The notes under the pieces were generated by a model that saw nothing but the letters and a program-made list of their open reading frames with translations, ran no database searches and was not told the origin of the DNA. A stretch of 64,000 bases of DNA from Calditrichaceae bacterium (GTDB lineage: Bacteria > Calditrichota > Calditrichia > Calditrichales > JBFXGD01), in the NCBI GenBank assembly GCA_050178385.1, contig JBFXGD010000001.1, positions 5,802 to 69,801 on the forward strand, read 5' to 3'. Shown here one piece after another: positions 27,979 through 36,067 of the stretch. The translations under genes were made by a program, and so were the position numbers. Each line of letters opens with the position of its first letter. The first letter of the stretch is position 1.

Positions 27979-30411
27979 ATGACATTTATAATGGTTTTCA
28001 TTTTCGGATTGGCAATGGCGTTGCTGGCGACTTATTTAACGCAAAAAATTGCCACAAAGCATTCCATCGGAACTTATCCGGACGGGAGGATGGTGCATCT
28101 GGGATTTATCCCGCATATGGGAGGTATAGGCTTCATTTCCGGATTTGCGGGGGGAATACTTCTGCTGTTTGGATTAAATGAACAATTGTTTTTTGAAATT
28201 ATTTCCGGATATGGGGCCATACTTACCGGCTCACTTCTCATAGTTATTCTGGGTGTTTATGATGATCTAAAGGGATTAAATGCTGTTAAAAAATTTTCAG
28301 GACAGTTTATAGCCGCTTCAATTGTTATTTTTATGGGCTGTAAAATTGATATTCTTGTTTTTCCCATGGGACACTCAATATCCCTGGGGATTATGTCGGT
28401 TCCATTTACTTACCTCTGGTTCATAGGTGTCAGCAATGCGGTCAATCTGCTCGATGGACTGGATGGATTGGCAGCCGGCGCGGGAATCATCGCGTCTTCA
28501 GCCATCGCGTTAATCGCCTGGCAATCAGCGGATTATGTAACATTCGCGGTGATTATTTCATTGATTGCCGGTCTGCTGGGGTTTTTAAAATTCAATCATC
28601 ATCCGGCTTCCATTTTTATGGGTGATACGGGTTCATTATTCTTAGGATTTATTCTCGCCGCAATTTCAATAAGAGGATTTGAGAGTCAGCCGGGAAATAT
28701 TTCGCTGTTGATTCCATCCATCGCGCTGGCAGTACCGATAAGTGATACAAGTCTGGCCTTTTTCAGGCGGCTAAATGGAGGACATCATCCTTTTAAAGCT
28801 GACAAAGATCACCTCCATCACCGACTAATATTTTTAGGTTTGACCCACAGTCAGGCTGTTTATATCATCTACGGCATTTCGGCCTTATCCGCTTTAACGG
28901 CATTTACAGTGGCGACCCAGTCTACCGTTGCGGGTGGTGTAATGTTTATATTAACCTTAACACTGTCAGTCCTGGGTCTTAAACGTCTGGGTTATCTTGA
29001 AGCGCAAAAAAGTAAGACCTATTACGGGGATGAAAAAATTATCCGGGCCAGACACCAGATCGCTCCGCTGTCAATGCGCCGGATACAGCATCGTTTAATG
29101 ATTGGAATATCCGATGTTATTATGATAAACACAGCGCTGGTTGTTACCTGGTGGGTCAGATTTCAATCCGGTATGATTAAAGTCAGCAGACCTGTTCCGT
29201 TGGATGAATTTATCTTTACGCCCGTTACACTGATCATTACTCTGCTCTGGATAACTTTATTTCTTGTCAATAATCTCTATAACATGTACTGGGATGTTTC
29301 CCGGTTTGATAAAGTACAACGCGTTAACAAGACTGTTTTGTTTGGGATTGTCATTCTGTATTTAGTGACCCTGGACCCCAGTAACATGTTTACTGAAGGA
29401 CGGATCGCGATTCTGATTTACGGTTTTTGCGTAATTTTCTTCGTAAATTTCGGCAGGCTGAATATAATTGGTTTTGAAAAAAGATATAAACTGCTCGAAT
29501 ACGCGCCGCATAACACGCTGCTGATCGGCTCATCCGAGAAGGGAAAGAAGATATTAAAGGACATTAGAAAAAATCCGCATTTACTCTATAACATTGTCGG
29601 ATATATTTCTAAAAATCCATCAGAGAAAAAATTTTATGAACTGGATTCACTGGGAGTCTATAAAGACATTCCTGATATCATAAGAAAATTTGAAATAGAA
29701 GAAGTGGTTATCGCAATTAATGAGCGCTCCAGGGATGAGGTTTTGAATATCGTTTCTTTTGCTGAAAATATGAATGTAGTATTCAAAATTGTCCCGGAGA
29801 TATACGACGTGGTATCCGGTCTTAAGACGGAAGAAGTCATAGGCCATCCGCTGATCCGTTTATTCCCGGAACATATGTTTTTATGGCAATGGATATTAAA
29901 AAGAATTTATGATGTGATACTGGCTGCTGCGGTAGCGCTGATATTTAGCCCTGTCGCCTTGCTCATAATTTTCCTTCTGTTTCTATCCGGAAATTATCCG
30001 CCTCTGATCATTCAAAATATGGTTGGCAGAAATGGCCGTCTTTTCGGGAAGCTCAATTTTAACGTCGGAGAAAAGAACACCTATGTCCAAAAGCTGCTTT
30101 TCAATACACGATTGTACAAAGTTCCCGAAATTATGAATGTTTTGCTTGGTCAGATGAGTTTTGTCGGGCCGCGTCCTGAGATGCCGGAAGAGGTTGACCA
30201 TTTAAGAGGAAAAATTAAGTTTTATAATCGCCGTTTTCAGATCCGGCCGGGAATTACCGGATGGGCACAGGTGAAATTCCGGTATGATGAATCATTGCAT
30301 CATAAAAGAGAGCAATTCAAACAAGATCTGTTTTATCTGGAAAATATGTCACTGACATTTGATTTTAGAATATTATTGCGCTCGACAGTCATATTCTTAA
30401 CGAACCGATGA
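27979..30411 (+). CDS. fusion: WecA/MraY-type polyprenyl-phosphate GlcNAc-1-P transferase (N) + WbaP-type 4TM/Rossmann/sugar-transferase module with degenerate catalytic motifs (C)
   Basis: aa 1-340: about 10 TM segments with VYDDLKG, NAVNLLDGLDGLA, MGDTGSLFLGF and DKDHLHHRL. aa 370-810: 4 TM segments, LLIGSSEKGKKILKDI..VVIAINE, KRIYDVILAAAVALIFSPV, SFVGPRPE and RPGITGWAQV. However, KFRTM reads KLNFNV and the DE-dyad segment reads LYKVPE. Confidence 0.75.
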   Translation: MTFIMVFIFGLAMALLATYLTQKIATKHSIGTYPDGRMVHLGFIPHMGGIGFISGFAGGILLLFGLNEQLFFEIISGYGAILTGSLLIVILGVYDDLKGLNAVKKFSGQFIAASIVIFMGCKIDILVFPMGHSISLGIMSVPFTYLWFIGVSNAVNLLDGLDGLAAGAGIIASSAIALIAWQSADYVTFAVIISLIAGLLGFLKFNHHPASIFMGDTGSLFLGFILAAISIRGFESQPGNISLLIPSIALAVPISDTSLAFFRRLNGGHHPFKADKDHLHHRLIFLGLTHSQAVYIIYGISALSALTAFTVATQSTVAGGVMFILTLTLSVLGLKRLGYLEAQKSKTYYGDEKIIRARHQIAPLSMRRIQHRLMIGISDVIMINTALVVTWWVRFQSGMIKVSRPVPLDEFIFTPVTLIITLLWITLFLVNNLYNMYWDVSRFDKVQRVNKTVLFGIVILYLVTLDPSNMFTEGRIAILIYGFCVIFFVNFGRLNIIGFEKRYKLLEYAPHNTLLIGSSEKGKKILKDIRKNPHLLYNIVGYISKNPSEKKFYELDSLGVYKDIPDIIRKFEIEEVVIAINERSRDEVLNIVSFAENMNVVFKIVPEIYDVVSGLKTEEVIGHPLIRLFPEHMFLWQWILKRIYDVILAAAVALIFSPVALLIIFLLFLSGNYPPLIIQNMVGRNGRLFGKLNFNVGEKNTYVQKLLFNTRLYKVPEIMNVLLGQMSFVGPRPEMPEEVDHLRGKIKFYNRRFQIRPGITGWAQVKFRYDESLHHKREQFKQDLFYLENMSLTFDFRILLRSTVIFLTNR

Positions 30412-30417
30412 GATATC

Positions 30418-32505
30418 ATGTCAAGTCAGAAAACAGTAATCAGTATAATTATCGTTAACTACAATGTGCGGGATTTTCTTGAGCAGGCGTTGATTTCAGT
30501 AAAACGGGCGCTTGAGAACATTACATCAGAGATTATTGTTGTCGATAATGCATCCATCGACGGATCTGTACAGATGCTCCAGAATCGATTCCCTGATGTA
30601 AAAATTATCGAAAACGATAAAAATTTGGGCTTTTCCGCCGCTAACAATCTCGCGTTGAAAGATGCCCATGGGGAATACATTGTATTATTGAATCCGGATA
30701 CGTTGGTTCAGGAAGACACCTTTAAAAAGCTGATTCAATTTTTTGAACAAAATCCTGATGCTTCGGCCGCCACTTGTAAAATTTTGAATCCTGACGGGAC
30801 TTTCTCTATAGACTGCCGCCATAGTATTCCCACACCAATGACGGCATTCTGGAAACTGATAGGATTTAATCGTCTTTTTCCAAAAAGTAAAATATTCGGC
30901 CGTTATAACCTGACCTGGCTTGATGAAAATCAAATCTACCAGGTTGAGGCAATATCAGGTTCATTCATGATGATAAAGAGCGGGGTTGTTCAGAAAGTCG
31001 GGTTGCTGGATGACCGGTTTTTTATGTATTGCGAAGACATTGATTACTGTCACCGGATAAATCAGTCCGGCGGAAAAATCTATTATGTTCCGACATCTCA
31101 GCTAATCCACTATAAAGGAGAAAGTACAAAGAAAAACAATCTGGATTATGTCGTCACGTTTAACAAATCGCTCTATTTGTTTTACAAAAAACACTATCAG
31201 CAAAAATATATCTATCCCTTTAAATGGTTAATTCTTCTTGGAGTCATCTTGAGGGGGATGATGATCTTTATCAGAAATTTTGCCGCCGCTTTTTATCCAT
31301 TTATGCTGGATTTGCTGATAATGAACGGAACGTTGTTTTTAAGTTTCTATCTCCGTTATGAAATTAGAGGAGATTTTACTCTCCATGATTTTTTCAGTGA
31401 CTATATTATTATTAACTTAATAACATCGGCCGCCTACTTCATCTCATCCCTGTTTTTCGACAGTATGGACAGAGACAGATATTCTTTGATTAAAGTGTTT
31501 AAGGCCAACCTGCTCACCTATACGTTTGTCTCAGCATTGACATTTTTTTTCAAACAGTTTGCCTTCTCGAGGCTTGTAGTGCTTTTTACGGCATTTATCA
31601 GCACATCGTTGATGCTTATCTGGAGGATCGGTCTTAGATATTACGGCAGAAAGTATTCGGAAGTTCTCAGAAAAGATTTGTTCGCAAAACGGGCGCTGAT
31701 AGTAGGATTGGATGATGATACGCAAAACCTGCTTATAAAATTAAATAAACGCGTCGATTCTTCAATTGAAATTGTCGGATTGATTTCTCCTGACCGGAAA
31801 GATATCGGCAAAAAAATCGCGGGGTTTCCAATCGTCAGCTCCATACAACAACTACCTGAATTTTTAAGACTTAACAAGATTAACCTGGTCATTTTCTCCA
31901 CACATAATATTTCATATAAATCCATTTTAACCGCCATGGCAAATGTTGAAAACTCTCATATCGAGTTTAAAATGGTACCCGGACATCTGGAATTTATGGT
32001 AGGTAAATCAAATATTGAGCGGCTTGACAATATGCCGCTGGTGGATATAGAATACGCGTATGGTAAACTTTTCAACCGCTTTGTAAAAAGATCTGCCGAT
32101 ATTTTTACATCGTTTATAATCCTGATCTTTCTTCTGCCTGTCGCTTTGCTTTTCCTGCCGTTTAAAATTGGAAAAATAGGCAGAAAACAGGTCCATCAAG
32201 GTAAGAATAATATCAAAACCATTTTGTGGGACCCCCATAAAGGATTTTTCCGCTTTATTTTAAATCTGATAAATATATTATCCGGAAAAATATCACTGGT
32301 GGGCGCGCCGATGGAGAAGGATGGGAAACGGGAGCAGCAGTTTGATTATAAACCCGGGCTGACGGGGATCATTCAAATCAATAAAAACAAGATTACGGAT
32401 GATCAGATATTTGAGAATTTTGAACTGCATTATCTCAAAAATCAGAATTTTTTGCTCGATGTCGAAATTATATACAGGGCGCTATTTTTAAGAAAAGAAA
32501 GATGA
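30418..32505 (+). CDS. fusion: GT2 glycosyltransferase (N) + WbaP-like 4-5TM/Rossmann/vestigial sugar-transferase module (C)
   Basis: aa 1-250: ISIIIVNYN, VVDNASIDGS, LLNPDTLV and FFMYCEDIDYCHR. aa 260-695: TM segments, ALIVGLDDDTQNLLIKL..IVGLISPD, FKMVPGHLEFMVG and KRSADIFTSFIILIFLLPVALL. The tail is shortened, with LVGAPME in place of LVGPRPE, followed by KPGLTGIIQI. Confidence 0.7.
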   Translation: MSSQKTVISIIIVNYNVRDFLEQALISVKRALENITSEIIVVDNASIDGSVQMLQNRFPDVKIIENDKNLGFSAANNLALKDAHGEYIVLLNPDTLVQEDTFKKLIQFFEQNPDASAATCKILNPDGTFSIDCRHSIPTPMTAFWKLIGFNRLFPKSKIFGRYNLTWLDENQIYQVEAISGSFMMIKSGVVQKVGLLDDRFFMYCEDIDYCHRINQSGGKIYYVPTSQLIHYKGESTKKNNLDYVVTFNKSLYLFYKKHYQQKYIYPFKWLILLGVILRGMMIFIRNFAAAFYPFMLDLLIMNGTLFLSFYLRYEIRGDFTLHDFFSDYIIINLITSAAYFISSLFFDSMDRDRYSLIKVFKANLLTYTFVSALTFFFKQFAFSRLVVLFTAFISTSLMLIWRIGLRYYGRKYSEVLRKDLFAKRALIVGLDDDTQNLLIKLNKRVDSSIEIVGLISPDRKDIGKKIAGFPIVSSIQQLPEFLRLNKINLVIFSTHNISYKSILTAMANVENSHIEFKMVPGHLEFMVGKSNIERLDNMPLVDIEYAYGKLFNRFVKRSADIFTSFIILIFLLPVALLFLPFKIGKIGRKQVHQGKNNIKTILWDPHKGFFRFILNLINILSGKISLVGAPMEKDGKREQQFDYKPGLTGIIQINKNKITDDQIFENFELHYLKNQNFLLDVEIIYRALFLRKER

Positions 32506-32707
32506 TTAATTGTACATTCGGTACAAAATCCGCGTTCAGCTCTGCCACAATATAAATAACATCAACAGGTATGAAACCGGGCTAAACATGGAACCGATTA
32601 TACCTTGCTCTAAAATACAGAATTCGTTAAATTAAAAAATGGCTTAAATTTAATTTAAAGTTTTAAACCGGAACATTGAATACTTTGAAAAAACAGGATC
32701 TGAAATA

Positions 32708-33988
32708 ATGCTGGATATTAAACTTATTAGGGATGACGCGGAAAAAGTAAAGGCAGGAATACGCGCCAAGGGAGAAATGGGAGATGTCGAACAGCTTCTT
32801 GAAATGGATAAAAGAAGGCGTTCAATTATTTTCCAGGTTGAAGAATTAAAGAAGCAGCGGAATGAAAATTCAAAAGTTGTTTCTCAATATAAACGTGAAG
32901 GCAAAGATGCCGGAGACTTGATCGAGTCCACAAAAAAGATTTCTGAGAATATCAAAAATTTTGATGAAGAACTCGCCGAACTGGAGAATAAAATCTTCCA
33001 TGAGCAGAGCCGAATACCAAATCTGCCTCATGAATCGACTCCTTTTGGCAAAGATGCCTCTGATAATGTCGAAGTTAGAAAATGGGGCAAGATTCAGGAT
33101 TTTGATTTCAAAATTCTAAATCACCTGGAGCTTGCTGAACATCTTGACATCATGGATTTCAAACGCGGCGGCAAGGTAACCGGCAGCGGATTCCCGGTAT
33201 ATAAGGGCGCAGGCGCCCGTTTAGAAAGGGCTTTGATTAATTTCATGCTGGATTTACATATTGAAAAGCACGACTATACGGAAATATTTCCTCCGTTTCT
33301 TGCAAACAGAGACAGCATGTTCGGTACGGGGCAGCTGCCCAAGCTTGAAGATGATATGTATTATATGGAAAAAGATGATTTATTCCTGATCCCCACCGCG
33401 GAAGTTCCGGTCACAAATTTACATAGAAATGAAGTTCTTTCCGGTGAAGATCTTCCCGTTAAATATGCGGCATATTCAGCCTGCTTTAGAAGGGAAGCGG
33501 GGTCATACGGCAAGGATACCCGGGGATTTTTAAGAGTACATCAGTTTAATAAGGTTGAAATGGTCAATTTTGTAAAACCGGAAGATTCTTACAATTTCCA
33601 TGAGCAGTTGTTGAATGAAGCAACCGAAATTCTTGAGTTATTGGAAATTCCATACCGTGTGATGCTTCTGTGTACAGGCGATCTTAGTTTCTCCGCGGCA
33701 AAATGTTATGATATTGAAACCTGGTCACCTGCTGAAGATAAATGGCTTGAAGCGTCGAGTGTAAGTAATTTTGAAGATTTCCAGGCGCGTCGCGCACAGA
33801 TACGTTTCAAACGTGATGGGGGGGCTAAACCCGAATATGTTCACACATTAAACGGGTCGGGGCTGGCCACATCAAGACTAATGGTATCCTTACTTGAGAA
33901 TTATCAAACTGATGAGAACACGGTCATTGTACCGGAAGTTTTACGCAAATATATGGGCGGCATGGATATAATTAAACGGAAATATTGA
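32708..33988 (+). CDS. serS: seryl-tRNA synthetase
   Basis: MLDIKLIRDD N-terminus, a coiled-coil arm, and class II motifs (FRREAGSYGKDTRGFLRVHQFNKVE, GSGLATSR). Confidence 0.95.
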   Translation: MLDIKLIRDDAEKVKAGIRAKGEMGDVEQLLEMDKRRRSIIFQVEELKKQRNENSKVVSQYKREGKDAGDLIESTKKISENIKNFDEELAELENKIFHEQSRIPNLPHESTPFGKDASDNVEVRKWGKIQDFDFKILNHLELAEHLDIMDFKRGGKVTGSGFPVYKGAGARLERALINFMLDLHIEKHDYTEIFPPFLANRDSMFGTGQLPKLEDDMYYMEKDDLFLIPTAEVPVTNLHRNEVLSGEDLPVKYAAYSACFRREAGSYGKDTRGFLRVHQFNKVEMVNFVKPEDSYNFHEQLLNEATEILELLEIPYRVMLLCTGDLSFSAAKCYDIETWSPAEDKWLEASSVSNFEDFQARRAQIRFKRDGGAKPEYVHTLNGSGLATSRLMVSLLENYQTDENTVIVPEVLRKYMGGMDIIKRKY

Positions 33989-33990
33989 TT

Positions 33991-34614
33991 ATGACCGAAA
34001 GACAGGCCAGATTAAAAATTGTGGAAATTGGCCGTTTAATGTATCAATTCAGATATATTGTCGCCGGCGATGGAAATATCAGTATCCGGCTTGGTGATCA
34101 TATTCTGATCACACCCAGGGGGGCCTGTAAAGGTCTTTTGTCAGCGGATGAATTATCGTTGATCAGTTTATCCGGGAAAGTTATTCGTGGACGCGCTGAA
34201 CCATCATCCGAAAAAGAGATGCATCTGACAGTATATAATTCAAGACCGGAGATAAAAGCGGTTGTTCACGGTCATCCTCTCTTTGCTACATCCTTCGCTT
34301 CCGCGGGATTGTCGCTAAAAGATTCAGTCTTGCCCGAAATCATCCTGACACTGGGTAAAATTCCGCTGGCGGAATACGGTACTCCGGGAACATCTGAAGT
34401 CGGGAATTCGATTTCTGATTTGATCCGTGAATCTGATGCCATTTTACTTGAGAATCATGGAGTATTGGCTATAGGACGTGACATTGAAACCGCATACTTC
34501 AATCTGGAAAGGGTTGAACACTATGCCCAGATCGCGTTCCAGGCAAAGATGCTGGGCGGTTATACCGTCCTTCCGGATGAAAAAGTCAGGAAGTTGCGGG
34601 AAACTGTGTCCTGA
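33991..34614 (+). CDS. class II aldolase/adducin family protein
   Basis: GDGNISIRL, ITPRGACKG, PSSEKEMHL, VVHGHP and LENHGVLAIG match the FucA/MtnB-type fold. The substrate cannot be called. The start is ATG 33991 or TTG 33985. Confidence 0.75.
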   Translation: MTERQARLKIVEIGRLMYQFRYIVAGDGNISIRLGDHILITPRGACKGLLSADELSLISLSGKVIRGRAEPSSEKEMHLTVYNSRPEIKAVVHGHPLFATSFASAGLSLKDSVLPEIILTLGKIPLAEYGTPGTSEVGNSISDLIRESDAILLENHGVLAIGRDIETAYFNLERVEHYAQIAFQAKMLGGYTVLPDEKVRKLRETVS

Positions 34615-34646
34615 AATCGGAAAATAATAAAGGTAATTTTAATCCG

Positions 34647-35384
34647 ATGAAAATTATTGAATCGTTTATCCGAACCATTCTGACTTATGTAGTACTTTTT
34701 TTTGCCACCGGGATTGCAGCCACGCTGTCAATTATCGGCGGTACTTTGATAGATCCTTATTGTGAATTTAATAATCGCGTCATCAAGATATGGGCGCGCT
34801 CCATTCTCTGGATTTCCGGGACAAAAATAATCATAGAAGGTCTGGAAAATGTAAAACCCGGACAGTCTTATATATTTGTAGCCAATCATCAGAGCAATTT
34901 TGATGTGCTTGCCGCCGCGGCTGCAATTCCGGAGACGGTTCGTTTTATCGCAAAGAAGGAACTATTCAGAATACCGTTATTTTCTCAGGGTATGAAAGCT
35001 GCCGGAGTGATCAAAATTGACCGGGGCAACAGCGCTTCAGCTAAAAAAAGTATCGATGAAGCGGTAGATATCGTAAGACACGGAGTTTCGGTAATTGTAT
35101 TTCCGGAGGGGACCAGGAGTAAAGACGGAAAAATCCATCCATTTAAAAAAGGAGGATTTATTCTGGCTCTCAACGGTGAAATCCCCATCATGCCGATGGT
35201 GATCTCGGGAAGTAAGTATGTTCTAAAAAAACACTGGTTTATTCTTAAACCGGGAAAAATTAAGACGCGATTTTTAAAAGAGATTCCGACTAAAGATTTA
35301 AGTTATGACAGCAGGAATCAGCTGGTTGAACAAGCCAGAAATCAAATTGTGGAAATGTACGAGCCTGAATTTAATAAGGAATAA
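34647..35384 (+). CDS. plsC: 1-acyl-sn-glycerol-3-phosphate acyltransferase
   Basis: N-terminal TM segment. Acyltransferase motifs ANHQSNFD (HX4D), FIAKKEL, FPEGTRS and IPIMPMVI. Confidence 0.8.
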   Translation: MKIIESFIRTILTYVVLFFATGIAATLSIIGGTLIDPYCEFNNRVIKIWARSILWISGTKIIIEGLENVKPGQSYIFVANHQSNFDVLAAAAAIPETVRFIAKKELFRIPLFSQGMKAAGVIKIDRGNSASAKKSIDEAVDIVRHGVSVIVFPEGTRSKDGKIHPFKKGGFILALNGEIPIMPMVISGSKYVLKKHWFILKPGKIKTRFLKEIPTKDLSYDSRNQLVEQARNQIVEMYEPEFNKE

Positions 35385-35386
35385 TA

Positions 35387-36019
35387 ATGGAATTTACAAA
35401 TTTAACAATACTTGATCACCCTCTTATTCAGCAAAAATTATATTATATTCGTGATAAAAACACCAATAATCTGAATTTTCGTTCCATGCTCAATGAAATA
35501 TCGGGATTGATGGTCTATGAAGTAACAAGAAACTTACCCGTGACAAATAGGGAAGTTATAACACCTATGGAGAATACGATCGGCAGCGTACTTGAACGGC
35601 CGGTAACACTTGTGCCGATACTGAGAGCCGGGCTTGCTATGTGCGATGGCATTCTGAGTTTAATTCCGCACGCCCGGGTCGGGCATATCGGTTTGTATCG
35701 TGATAAAGAAACTCTCAGGCCGGTAGAGTATTATTTAAAATTTCCCAGTGATATTGCGGAATCCGAAATAATAGTTATCGATCCAATGCTCGCGACCGGC
35801 GGGAGCGCATCCGCTGCCATAGATTATGTAAAAGAGCGCGGAGGTCATTCAATTTTGTTTGTATGTCTCGTTGCAGCGCCTGAAGGGGTTCGTTATTTAG
35901 AAGAACATCATCCCGATGTTCCCATTTATGCGGCGGCTTTAGACAGGGAACTTAATGATCATGGATATATTTTGCCGGGGCTTGGCGACGCGGGAGACAG
36001 GATATACGGAACTGAATAA
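35387..36019 (+). CDS. upp: uracil phosphoribosyltransferase
   Basis: LDHPLIQQKL, LVPILRAG, the PRPP loop VIDPMLATGGSA, and YILPGLGDAGDRIYGT at the C-terminus. Confidence 0.9.
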   Translation: MEFTNLTILDHPLIQQKLYYIRDKNTNNLNFRSMLNEISGLMVYEVTRNLPVTNREVITPMENTIGSVLERPVTLVPILRAGLAMCDGILSLIPHARVGHIGLYRDKETLRPVEYYLKFPSDIAESEIIVIDPMLATGGSASAAIDYVKERGGHSILFVCLVAAPEGVRYLEEHHPDVPIYAAALDRELNDHGYILPGLGDAGDRIYGTE

Positions 36020-36030
36020 TTATTGACAAG

Positions 36031-36067
36031 GTCAGGCGATACAAACTCTGTTTCTGCCTGACTTTTT
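36031..36067 (+). terminator. Rho-independent terminator of upp, embedded in the last codons of the convergent GGDEF gene
   Basis: GTCAGGC (36031-36037) / GCCTGAC (36056-36062) with an inner AAAC/GTTT mini-stem, then TTTTT (36063-36067). The same bases read on the minus strand encode ...AKKSGRNRVCIA-stop. Confidence 0.55.

Noticed and set aside
32506-32707. Possible T-box or other leader upstream of serS (202-nt gap with small hairpins TTGTAC-ATTCG-GTACAA at 32510-32526 and AGGTAT...ATACCT)
   Set aside because: I cannot find the conserved T-box sequence or a specifier-loop/terminator-antiterminator arrangement. The hairpins are short and lack U-tracts.
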